A stretch of 64,000 bases of DNA from Tubiluchus corallicola. Lineage: Eukaryota; Animalia; Priapulida. The position numbers and the translations under genes are program-made. The notes beneath the pieces are model-generated. The model ran no database searches. It was not told the origin of the DNA and was given only the letters and a program-made list of their open reading frames with translations. Location: positions 1 to 64,000 of the forward strand of contig JAQGDQ010002392.1 in the NCBI GenBank assembly GCA_030141605.1. The letters run 5' to 3'. This document shows, piece after piece, positions 38,286-47,797 of the stretch (position 1 is its first letter; each line of letters begins with the position of its first letter).

Positions 38286-40829
38286 TTAACAAGCGTCCAT
38301 CAATGTTTTAATTTTTATTTCATTTAAAGCATCTATAACTTCGTTTGTATAAAATGCAAGTTCATATATTTCATTAGGTTGTATATCGAAATAATTATTA
38401 GAAAACTTTCCCTTTTTATTGTCTATCTGTAAATAAACATCTTTAGCAAGAGTGTTGACACTTAGCTTAATATTATACCCTTCATCCGTTTTGCTATAAC
38501 TGCATTCTATTTTGGGTTGTTTTAGATTTAAATTTTTTTCTGCCTCAAAGTAGTGCAGGTTAGTGTATAGGATTGTATCATCCGCATTTAACTTGACTTC
38601 AGCATATACATTCTCTTTCTTGTGATCTTTTAGTATTGAGGGTATGTTACAGTTAAAATATTTTTTACTTGAATTAGCTTCAATGTGAGTGTCTAAAGAT
38701 TTGCTCCATAAAACTTCTCCGTCAAAATTTTTGAGAACAATCTGTAACTGTGCATCTATTGGACTTAGCTCATCAGATACTATCCAAATATTGAGCTGGT
38801 TGTCCTCCTCGGTAGTAGAAATCAATAAATTTTTAAATATTTTCTTTACAGTATAGTGCATTGCCTTCCACTTTCCATAGTAATCTATAGAAGACCAAGA
38901 TGCACCAATCCAAACATCGTTTATTTGCCAATATAGCGACCCCATATTGTAGGGCTTTTTTCTTCTATGAGCCTCAATGGCTATTTTCATCCCTTTGGCT
39001 TGTAATAGCTGTGTTAAATACAATTCGGCTTCAAAGTCTTTTGGAGCTTTATAGTGTCTGTCCAAGTAAACTCTCATTCTTTCTATTTCGTTGATACCTT
39101 TTTGTTTGGTTTTCATTACAGGAGATTCTAAGTCCCAGTCCTCTTCTATGGTAACCGTTTTTATCGACTGCATATCAGGGTAGCTTTGTATACCAAATTC
39201 CGATACGAACCTCCCAATATTTTCCTCAAAGGCTGAAAAGGGATCGTTGTTAGCTCTATAACCCCAGTAGTGAATATCGCCAGACCTTAGGTTTTCTGGC
39301 TTGTCGTTGTAATCGGACATTGGAGATGAAGGCCAATAATATCTTGTGGTATCATACTCTTGTAAAACAGATGGTAAAAATTCAAAGAACAAATCTTTAT
39401 AGGCTTTAAATACTTCCTTTTTTTGTTCCTCTGTCCAAGCAAACTCGTCAGATTCGCCCCAGCCCCAAGTATACCAAGCAGAATTAATTTCATTATTTCC
39501 ACACCATATTGCTATACTCGGATGGTTTCTTAATCGTTTGATATTGTCGATGGCTTCTTGCTTTAAGTTTTCAAAAAACTCATCGTCTCCGGGGTACAAG
39601 CTACAAGCAAACATAAAATCCTGCCACACCAATATTCCAAATTCGTCGCATAAGTCATAAAACTCGTCATTTTCGTATATTCCTCCCCCCCAGACTCTAA
39701 GCATATTCATATTCACATCTGCTGCCGACTGTACTATATCCCTATACTTTTGGTGAGTTACCCTGTTCAGAAAAATATCGTTAGGAATATAATTAGCACC
39801 CTTTATAAACAGGGGTTCTCCATTGACTTTGAAATAGAAACTTTTACCTATAGAGTCTTTTTCTTGTACAAGTTCCACAGTTCTTATTCCTATTCTTTCT
39901 GTTTTTGTATCTATGTTGATTTCATCCTTGTAAATTTCTGTTTTTAGTTTATACAAGTTAGGCTTACCCATTCCATTGGGATACCATAGTTTAGGTTCTT
40001 TTATTTCAAAGTTGAGCTTTGCTTTATTTAGACCCTTTTTTGTGGCGAAAACCTGTTGTGCAAATACTTTCTGTGTAGCATCGTCAATAATTTTTATTAC
40101 TATATTCTGCTCTTCATTTGCATCTATTTCAACTACTTCGGTAATTTTCGCTACATTTTTATTTACAGTATTTTGTACAACCTGAGTGTTATTTATCTTT
40201 GCTGTATTCCACGCTTTCACTTCTATGGGACGCCACACCCCAGAAGTAACAAGCCTTGGTCCCCAATCCCATCCGTAATGATATGGTGCTTTTCGAGTAA
40301 AAATACTAACTTTTTTCTCGCCTAGTTCTCCTATTTCCGATTGGTCGTTACTTGCGGGTATAACATATCCTTTTTCATTCAGCTTTTCTAATCCAACATT
40401 AATGGGTGAGTGAAAGTATATTCTAATTTCATTTTCATTCTCTTTAAGATATTGCTTGCACTCAACAACCCATTCCCTAAACATATTATTGGCGTTTAAG
40501 ACAAGTTTATCGTTTAAATACACTTCTGCATAAGTATCCAAGCCTTTAAATATAAGTTCTACCTTGTCCTTTTCATATGCATTTTTGGGGAGGGTAAATA
40601 CAGTTTTATACTCCCAGTCTTTTTTGTCTATCCATTGCAGCTTTCTTTCATTATCCCTATACGTAGGGTCTTCTATCAACTTGTTGCTAAGTAGGTCTGT
40701 ATGTACACAGCCCGGCACCTCTGCATTCAACCAATCTTTTTTTCCTGCTTGACAAAATTTCCATCTGTTGTTTAGCTTGTAAGTTACTACTTCTTCTCTT
40801 TTTTTACATTTTTCAAAATCCATACACAT
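38286..40829 (-). CDS. GH2 beta-mannosidase
   Basis: RKAPYHYGWDWGP, KGANYIP, NMLRVWGGG, WCGNNE, RFVSEFG, YWQIND; start uncertain and no clear signal peptide. Confidence 0.9.
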   Translation of the reverse strand: MCMDFEKCKKREEVVTYKLNNRWKFCQAGKKDWLNAEVPGCVHTDLLSNKLIEDPTYRDNERKLQWIDKKDWEYKTVFTLPKNAYEKDKVELIFKGLDTYAEVYLNDKLVLNANNMFREWVVECKQYLKENENEIRIYFHSPINVGLEKLNEKGYVIPASNDQSEIGELGEKKVSIFTRKAPYHYGWDWGPRLVTSGVWRPIEVKAWNTAKINNTQVVQNTVNKNVAKITEVVEIDANEEQNIVIKIIDDATQKVFAQQVFATKKGLNKAKLNFEIKEPKLWYPNGMGKPNLYKLKTEIYKDEINIDTKTERIGIRTVELVQEKDSIGKSFYFKVNGEPLFIKGANYIPNDIFLNRVTHQKYRDIVQSAADVNMNMLRVWGGGIYENDEFYDLCDEFGILVWQDFMFACSLYPGDDEFFENLKQEAIDNIKRLRNHPSIAIWCGNNEINSAWYTWGWGESDEFAWTEEQKKEVFKAYKDLFFEFLPSVLQEYDTTRYYWPSSPMSDYNDKPENLRSGDIHYWGYRANNDPFSAFEENIGRFVSEFGIQSYPDMQSIKTVTIEEDWDLESPVMKTKQKGINEIERMRVYLDRHYKAPKDFEAELYLTQLLQAKGMKIAIEAHRRKKPYNMGSLYWQINDVWIGASWSSIDYYGKWKAMHYTVKKIFKNLLISTTEEDNQLNIWIVSDELSPIDAQLQIVLKNFDGEVLWSKSLDTHIEANSSKKYFNCNIPSILKDHKKENVYAEVKLNADDTILYTNLHYFEAEKNLNLKQPKIECSYSKTDEGYNIKLSVNTLAKDVYLQIDNKKGKFSNNYFDIQPNEIYELAFYTNEVIDALNEIKIKTLMDAC

Positions 40830-41211
40830 AAAATAAATTGATACAATACGCTTGTTATTATTTGCAAATTAAGATAAATTAATCCATATTAATTAAATTA
40901 AAATTGATAGTGTACTATCAATTGGCAGAAAATTAATATACAATATTGACGTTATTCCTAAATTTCAGAACGCATAAAACTCTTGTCTTTTCAGGTACGA
41001 CATACTACAAATGGCACACGAAAAACAACACTACTTAAATGAGAAATTAAAAATTCTGCGAAGCAGAAAAAAGAACTGCTTATTACCAAGCCCTAATACA
41101 CTACCATATGTTTTTAGCTGTGCTTCTAAACTCGTCTTGTTTAGTTTTCTACCCAAAATTTAAAAAACAATTTATGTCCCGTTAAAGGGCAGTAGATTGT
41201 TATATATCTTG

Positions 41212-41247
41212 TTTTTTGCAAACGGAACATCTATCTTTGTAAGTGTA
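41212..41247 (+). promoter_or_regulatory. Probable promoter/leader of the CRISPR array
   Basis: Bacteroidota -7 box TAnnTTTG (TATCTTTG, 41232-41239) with an upstream TTTG near 41215-41218, 8 nt before repeat 1. Confidence 0.6.
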
Positions 41248-41742
41248 GGTGTGATATATCTATATTTGTTAGGTAGGTACACCCCGTTTTAACTTTATGA
41301 CTATTCATTGTAAGGTGTGATATATCTATATTTGTTAGGTAGGTACACCAATTTTTCGTTGTTTAAAGAAAACTTTATGGTGTGATATATCTATATTTGT
41401 TAGGTAGGTACACCCTTTTCCTGTTATTATAAAATCTCCAATTTGGTGTGATATATCTATATTTGTTAGGTAGGTACACCATCTAATTTGACGTTGATTT
41501 GCTCTATTTGGGTGTGATATATCTATATTTGTTAGGTAGGTACACCGAATGTCTTTGCGTTTAAAGTCCAAAAACGGTGTGATATATCTATATTTGTTAG
41601 GTAGGTACACCCCAAGCAAGAGGTCATTTCACAGAATCCTGGTGTGATATATCTATATTTGTTAGGTAGGTACACCTTGCATTATTTTTTAAAAAAATAT
41701 GGAGTAGGTGTGATATATCTATATTTGTTAGGTAGGTACACC
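41248..41742 (+). CRISPR. Type VI-like CRISPR array: 8 identical 36-nt repeats, 7 spacers of 29-30 nt
   Basis: GGTGTGATATATCTATATTTGTTAGGTAGGTACACC at 41248, 41314, 41379, 41445, 41511, 41576, 41641 and 41707; terminal stem GGTGT/ACACC plus inner ATCTA/TAGGT. Confidence 0.98.
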
Positions 41743-41878
41743 ATATAACAAGCAAAGCCATATGCAACAAAACATCTAGGTAGTTTTATTAAAAAAAAAA
41801 AATGGATTAAAAAGGTAGTAATGAGCTTTATTATTATTATCTTCGATATTTAAATTATTATTTAATATCTTTCATATT

Positions 41879-44533
41879 ATGGGAAAAAAACCTTTTTCTA
41901 AAATCGTAGAACTTAAAGCCCGTTATACTCCATTCTTCAATTGGGCTTTGAACAATATAGATGAAATAAAAAAAAGAGAGAAGACGGGAGATGGAGAAAC
42001 TACACAAGACGAACTTTATGCTTATAAATGGGCAAATGATAAAACCACACTGAAAAATTTCAAAAAAAAGCTAAACAAAATTAGAAATTATCTTTCTCAT
42101 CTCGAGCCTCAAGACCCTAAAACTGACCATATAGAAATCGATGAAAAGTTAAGAGATGAGTTAGAGAAACTTTATGAAAAAATACCCAATATTGCTCATT
42201 ACCCTTTTAGCACTGTCATAGCTAGAGAAATACCTAAAAAATATAGAAAAAAACACTACGAGGACTATCGGCTTACAGACGATGGTCTTATCTTTTTTGC
42301 TTCTTTATTCCTCTACACCGATGAGGTAAATTATATGCTAGACGTTACACGAGGCTCGAAGAATGCAAAAGACAAAGAGGTAGTAGTAAAAGGTGAAAAA
42401 ATCCCTAACAAACGCCCAATACTTTCGTATTATGCTATGAAAAGAAGCGAAAGTATATTGTACAACCAAAACCAAGACCTAAAACAATTTATCAGCATAG
42501 TTAATTATCTGAACCGTACCCCCGAAGAAGTTAAAGAAACAATTATAAAAAAAGAAGAAGAATTACCAAAAGACATCATTATAAGAAAAAAAAATCTTTT
42601 TAACCGTATAGCTTTACGCTACTTAGAAGATTTCGGACATACAAAAAACATATATTTTAAGGTACTTGACCAAAGAAAATACAATATAGATACTTTGCAC
42701 AGAGCCAACCGAAGAAAACACACAACTTTAATAAATGGTTTAGAAATTCCCTTAGATTTTGTAAAAACTTCGTTCAGCAGATTAGACAAAGAAGCAGAAG
42801 AGAAAAAGAAAGAGGAAGAGAAATACAAGTATCGCTATTACGAACAAAAAGGCAATATATTCTTTAAAATAGAAAAAGAAGACATATACAACACTCAAGA
42901 CCTTGTTTTTATGATAGGTCACCATACCCTTAAAGACTGGGTGTATTATAGGCTAAAAGCAAAAGAACCTAAAGATATATTCTTAGGCTTTGCTATTAAA
43001 TATGCCAAACTATTATCCCTTATAGAAAAAGGAGAATCAATAGAACTAAATAATAAATACAAAAAATACTATCCTACCTTTATAAAAGAATATGCAGAAA
43101 ATAAGTCATCGCTTGTGCATATATCCAAAGAAAAGGTAGAAAATCGCTTGAAATACATTGTAGAAAAATTAGAACAAAGAATACAAGAAGTTAAAAGTAA
43201 TAATTCGTTTGTAGAAAAAATAAAACTAGTGCTTGAATATTTTAACCTAATATTTCCAAGGAAACTAAAACAATACAACATTATATACAAAACAGATGAG
43301 AAAGAAAAGAGAGGCAAAGAAGGACTAAAAGAAGAATACCAAAATTTGTTTAACCACTTAGTAAACTACAACAAAGGAGAAAAATCTCAATTCTGGATTT
43401 ATATAAAAAAAACATATAGGTATCGGGAAGATAAAATGAAAGAATTGGAAAACAAAGAAAATTTTGAGGGGCTTTTTGGTATTGTGTGCGAAAAACTAAT
43501 CAACTACTACAAAAACAAGCTGAATTCGATAGAAGAAATAAAAGACACAAATTTGGAAGAAATAGCCCAAGAAATAGGAATAGCAAAGAAGGAGAAATGT
43601 ATAAAAAAGAAAATAGAGGCATTTAAAAACCAAATAGCTATACCCCCTACTTTTTTTCAAAAAGAATTGGGCGATAAAAAGTTTCAATCTATTAAAAAAG
43701 AAAAGCTGAATACACAATTAGAAGACTTTTACACAAAAGCCGAAACGCCCAATGCAAAAAGAAAACTAGAAAAACTGGAGATGCAGGACAAAGTATGCTG
43801 GCTTATAGCTGAAGAATACTTAAAACGCTCGAACGAAAAACTTTTAGACAAAAACTTAACCCCACTACCTACGAAAAATACAAAAATAAAAGATGTATTT
43901 AACACATATTTTAGCTTAGATTTGAAATTTGAAGCAGGGGAGAAAGAGCATAAAGCAGCCATAAAGATAAAACTAAAAGATGCCTTTAAAATGAATGCTT
44001 TGTTATCTCCAAAAATTACTTGTGGAATATACGAAAGATATTACAATGACAACAAAGATTTCAGAAAAGTAGATATTCAACTAATAAAAGATAGATACTC
44101 GCTTATAAAAATGATTTCTAGGGTAGCTTCTATTCTTATATTTAGAATATTGGAAAAACTAAAACAAAACCACGGGTATGAAGAAGATTTTGAGGGCGAG
44201 AACCCACCAGATACTAAATTACCTGATTATATAAAAAACAACTGGAAACGGCTACAATCATTAAGGAACAAAGCTCTACACGTAGATATACCAGAAAAAG
44301 GAATTTCTTTTTTTGACAACGATAAGTTCTTTTTATACGAAATAGCTAAGAAAATTAAGGTGAAGTTTAGTACAGAAGAAAAATACAACCCTAAAGAGCA
44401 TCCTAAAATAGCAGAAGAGGAATACTTACAAGAACGGATTGAGGTAATAAATAGATTCAAAAAAGATATAGAAGAAAGAGAAACACAAGAACCTATGGCT
44501 CAACAAGAGAAATATAAAGTTGAATTAGCTTGA
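41879..44533 (+). CDS. cas13: Compact Cas13 (type VI-B/Cas13bt-like) RNA-guided RNase, 884 aa
   Basis: Two terminal HEPN RxxxxH motifs (R69-NYLSH, R796-NKALH); Cas13b-like segments GLIFFASLFL, ALRYLEDF and QDKVCWLIA; Lys-rich; adjacent to the array. Confidence 0.88.
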   Translation: MGKKPFSKIVELKARYTPFFNWALNNIDEIKKREKTGDGETTQDELYAYKWANDKTTLKNFKKKLNKIRNYLSHLEPQDPKTDHIEIDEKLRDELEKLYEKIPNIAHYPFSTVIAREIPKKYRKKHYEDYRLTDDGLIFFASLFLYTDEVNYMLDVTRGSKNAKDKEVVVKGEKIPNKRPILSYYAMKRSESILYNQNQDLKQFISIVNYLNRTPEEVKETIIKKEEELPKDIIIRKKNLFNRIALRYLEDFGHTKNIYFKVLDQRKYNIDTLHRANRRKHTTLINGLEIPLDFVKTSFSRLDKEAEEKKKEEEKYKYRYYEQKGNIFFKIEKEDIYNTQDLVFMIGHHTLKDWVYYRLKAKEPKDIFLGFAIKYAKLLSLIEKGESIELNNKYKKYYPTFIKEYAENKSSLVHISKEKVENRLKYIVEKLEQRIQEVKSNNSFVEKIKLVLEYFNLIFPRKLKQYNIIYKTDEKEKRGKEGLKEEYQNLFNHLVNYNKGEKSQFWIYIKKTYRYREDKMKELENKENFEGLFGIVCEKLINYYKNKLNSIEEIKDTNLEEIAQEIGIAKKEKCIKKKIEAFKNQIAIPPTFFQKELGDKKFQSIKKEKLNTQLEDFYTKAETPNAKRKLEKLEMQDKVCWLIAEEYLKRSNEKLLDKNLTPLPTKNTKIKDVFNTYFSLDLKFEAGEKEHKAAIKIKLKDAFKMNALLSPKITCGIYERYYNDNKDFRKVDIQLIKDRYSLIKMISRVASILIFRILEKLKQNHGYEEDFEGENPPDTKLPDYIKNNWKRLQSLRNKALHVDIPEKGISFFDNDKFFLYEIAKKIKVKFSTEEKYNPKEHPKIAEEEYLQERIEVINRFKKDIEERETQEPMAQQEKYKVELA

Positions 44534-44646
44534 ATTTGTTATTTAGGTTGAACTAGTAGCTTAAAATACCTTAGTTACAGTCTTTGTAACGAGTAGTTTA
44601 GATTTTAGGCTTTGGTATAAACTAAATAACAGAAAATAGGACTACT

Positions 44647-44684
44647 AAGAAGAGGGCTTTAAAGATGCTTAAAACCCTCTTCTT
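44647..44684. terminator. Hairpin between the convergent cas13 and tRNA genes
   Basis: AAGAAGAGGG...CCCTCTTCTT inverted repeat. Confidence 0.65.
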
Positions 44685-44736
44685 GTTGCATTAAATGCTA
44701 CATTAAAATAGATTAAATTAATTAATAAACATCAAG

Positions 44737-44810
44737 TGACTCCGGAGGGATTCGAACCCCCAACCCTCAGAGCCGAAATCTGATATTCTATCCAGTTGAA
44801 CTACGGAGCC
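44737..44810 (-). tRNA. tRNA-Arg(TCG)
   Basis: Minus strand GGCTCCG...TCAGA-TTTCGGC-TCTGA...GGTTCGAATCC...CGGAGTCA forms a cloverleaf. Confidence 0.93.
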
Positions 44811-45013
44811 AAAACAACGTGCAAATTTAATGATTTTAATGGTATTTTTGTAATTAAAATAAAGCTAATGATATACAAGCACAAAAATTTATAGTTTTTT
44901 TTCGATTTAGTTTGAAATGGACAGGCTATAAAAGCTGAACATTTTTAAGGGTTTAAAAATCTAAGCCCTCGAAGGGGTAAAACAGTATATCATTATCAAA
45001 ACAAGTTTTAACT

Positions 45014-45685
45014 ATGCATATCGATATTTTAACAGTTTTGCCAGAGTTGATAGAAAGCCCATTGAATACTTCCATACTGAAACGGGCAAAAGAAAAAAAA
45101 GTAGTTGAGATTTGTGTGCATAATATAAGGGACTACTCTGTAAATAAGCACAAACGAGTAGATGACTATGTATATGGTGGAGATGCCGGAATGGTGCTAT
45201 GCATTGACCCCATAAAAAAATGTATCGACAAATTGAAGGCTGAAAGAGAATATGACGAAATTATTTATGTAACTCCTGATGGGGAGCAATACAACCAGCA
45301 AACAGCTAACAGCCTTTCTTTAAAGAAGAATATTATTATTCTTTGTGGTCATTACAAAGGGGTTGACCAACGTGTGAGAGACCATCTGATAACAAAAGAA
45401 ATATCTATTGGCGATTATGTTTTGACAGGAGGTGAACTGCCTGCTGCTATTATGGTCGATAGCATTGTAAGGTTGATACCAAATGTTTTGTCGGACGAAA
45501 CTTCTGCACTAACAGATTCTTTTCAAGATGGCTTGTTGGCTCCACCTGTTTATACTCGTCCGGCAAATTATAAAGGTTGGAAAGTACCAGAGGTTTTACT
45601 TTCAGGAAATAAGAAGCTGATAGAGGAATGGCAAGAAAAACAAGTTATAAATAAGACCCAAAAATTAAGACCTGATTTATTGTAA
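45014..45685 (+). CDS. trmD: tRNA (guanine37-N1)-methyltransferase
   Basis: [41 protein letters not shown]. Confidence 0.96.
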   Translation: MHIDILTVLPELIESPLNTSILKRAKEKKVVEICVHNIRDYSVNKHKRVDDYVYGGDAGMVLCIDPIKKCIDKLKAEREYDEIIYVTPDGEQYNQQTANSLSLKKNIIILCGHYKGVDQRVRDHLITKEISIGDYVLTGGELPAAIMVDSIVRLIPNVLSDETSALTDSFQDGLLAPPVYTRPANYKGWKVPEVLLSGNKKLIEEWQEKQVINKTQKLRPDLL

Positions 45686-45739
45686 TAGCCTTAGTGTTTA
45701 AAAAAAATACTATAAATGTATTATATGCTGCCAACTATA

Positions 45740-47779
45740 CTACAAGTCTGATATTTTAAACTCTACCCTTCTATTTTGTGCCCTTCCTTCGGCAGTGTTA
45801 TTAGGTGCTATTGGCTCATCGAAGCCATAGCCTTTGGTTATTATTTGTTCTTTCTTTATTCCTTTTGATATAAGATATTTTTGAACAACTTTAGCCCTTT
45901 GTAAAGAAATCCATTGGTTTATTTCTTTTGAACCTACATTATCTGTGTGTCCAGAAACCTCTACAACCAGAGCTGGATAAGCTACCAATAATTCATAGAT
46001 TCTTTCAAGCTCTGTAAACGATTCTGATTTAAGGGCAGATTTTCCTGTTTCGAAGAATACATTTTTCAATATTACCATAGCCCCTACAGCCAATTTACTT
46101 AGCAAAATATCTTTTGTTATTTCCTGATAGCCTTGTGACTTTGGAATGTCTAAGTTTTCTGAGTGAAATAAGTATTCTTCTGTTTTTACTGCAATACCAT
46201 AGTTTATTCCAGAAGGTAAGGTCAATAGGAATTCTCCCGTGGCTTTATTGTTTTTAATAGTAGAAACAAGGCTATTTTTTTCATTATCTACAATTTCTAG
46301 GGTAGCTTCTATTGGTTTCAATGTTATAGCATCTTTGATACTTCCTTTAAGCACTGTAAGCAATACCTTCTTTATCTCTACCTCACCTTGCAAGTTGGTT
46401 TCTGTTATAGGCTTTGTATTAACGAGTAAATTATCTTCACTTGCTAATATTATTGGTTTTTCTTCCCCTCTAAAAACTATTCTATATATATCATAACTGC
46501 CATAGCTATCGTCTCTAATGGAAGAAAAATACCCAACTTTTCCATTGCCACTTAATGTAAAAAAGACATCATCGTCAGGAGTATTCAAGGGGTATCCTAC
46601 ATTTTCAGGCTTGCCCCATTCTCCATTGTCTTGTAGCTCCGATTTGAATATATCGAACCCTCCCATTGTATTATGCCCTTTGGAGCTAAAAAATAGCGTT
46701 CTTCCATCAGGATGCAAAAACACCCCCCTTTCGTCATACTTTGTATTTACGTTGCTTCCTATGTTTTCGGGCTTGCCCCACTCCCCATCGTCTTGTAGTT
46801 CTGATTTAAATATATCAAAGCCTCCAAAATTGTTTTTCGGGTTGTCTGAAGCAAAATATAGTGTTTGTCCATCAGGAGAAAAAGACGCAGAGCCTTCACG
46901 ATAAGACGATTTTATATTTTTTAATGCTTTATTGCTTGGTTTCTCCCATTTTCTTCCTTCCAGTCTTGATGTATAAAGGTCACCTGATTGAAAAATTATT
47001 AGTTGTTGTCCATCAGAAGATATTCCAACAATAGCAGCTCCATATTTACCAAGTGCTGCACCTACATCTCTGGCTGTTTCCCATTTACCATTTTTTTTAT
47101 TTTTATATATGGATTCTACCATTCTACCGTTTTGGGTCAAAGGTCGTTTTGATGTGTATAATATTGAGGACTGGTCAGTAGTAATATAAGGTCCATATTC
47201 TGGGTATTTAGTATTTACTTTTTCTCCAAGATTGTCAATAAAAACTCTAATAGGATTTTCTACTATTTTTTTTCCATTCTCACATTCTTCTATTCTTCTT
47301 TCTACTTCACTTATCTTATCTTCTACTTTCTTATTATTAGACAAGATGTTTTTATATCTTTCGTAAAAATCAATTGCTTTTTCAAATTCACAGTTTAGGT
47401 GATATCCTCTACCAAGTAAAAAATAAATATCTTCTGATATCCTTGGATCCAATTTATATGCTTTTTCAAGATATTTTAGAGACTTACTTTTATTAACAGT
47501 ATTTATAAAACATACTCCTATTCTATAATTAAGGGTAGGGTTATCAGGAAGATACTCATAGCTTTCTAAATAAAGTTCCAATGCTTCGGGATATTGAGAG
47601 TGTCCTGCATTAAATAGTTCTTTGGCTTTTTTTATCTTATCGTTTATTATTTTATATTCTTCTGCAGAAGGAAAATCTTTTTTACTTGTTTTTATTTCTT
47701 GTGCTAAAACAGACAATACTGCAAAGCAAAAGAAAGATAAGGACATTATATGTTTTATATTACTTATAAAGTTCTTCAT
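45740..47779 (-). CDS. TPR / PD40 / OmpA-domain periplasmic protein (PorE-like architecture)
   Basis: TPR helices, SPDGQTLYFAS and GGFDIF repeats, GHTDNVG...NRRVEF OmpA domain. Confidence 0.85.
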   Translation of the reverse strand: MKNFISNIKHIMSLSFFCFAVLSVLAQEIKTSKKDFPSAEEYKIINDKIKKAKELFNAGHSQYPEALELYLESYEYLPDNPTLNYRIGVCFINTVNKSKSLKYLEKAYKLDPRISEDIYFLLGRGYHLNCEFEKAIDFYERYKNILSNNKKVEDKISEVERRIEECENGKKIVENPIRVFIDNLGEKVNTKYPEYGPYITTDQSSILYTSKRPLTQNGRMVESIYKNKKNGKWETARDVGAALGKYGAAIVGISSDGQQLIIFQSGDLYTSRLEGRKWEKPSNKALKNIKSSYREGSASFSPDGQTLYFASDNPKNNFGGFDIFKSELQDDGEWGKPENIGSNVNTKYDERGVFLHPDGRTLFFSSKGHNTMGGFDIFKSELQDNGEWGKPENVGYPLNTPDDDVFFTLSGNGKVGYFSSIRDDSYGSYDIYRIVFRGEEKPIILASEDNLLVNTKPITETNLQGEVEIKKVLLTVLKGSIKDAITLKPIEATLEIVDNEKNSLVSTIKNNKATGEFLLTLPSGINYGIAVKTEEYLFHSENLDIPKSQGYQEITKDILLSKLAVGAMVILKNVFFETGKSALKSESFTELERIYELLVAYPALVVEVSGHTDNVGSKEINQWISLQRAKVVQKYLISKGIKKEQIITKGYGFDEPIAPNNTAEGRAQNRRVEFKISDL

Positions 47780-47797
47780 AAGCTACTAATAAAGGTT

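Noticed and set aside
41196-41231. Possible degenerate ninth repeat 16 nt before the array
   Set aside because: Only about 21/36 identity in AT-rich DNA, wrong spacing, and it overlaps the probable promoter
41350-41378. Spacer 2 self-targeting the mod gene (aaacaacg near 56883)
   Set aside because: Only a short core matches; the flanks mismatch
41335-41619. 94-aa minus-strand ORF with repeated CTYLTNIDISH
   Set aside because: Translation of the CRISPR repeats
44518-44553. Repeat-like or tracr-like sequence at the cas13 stop
   Set aside because: About 20/36 identity, overlaps the coding end, and type VI needs no tracrRNA
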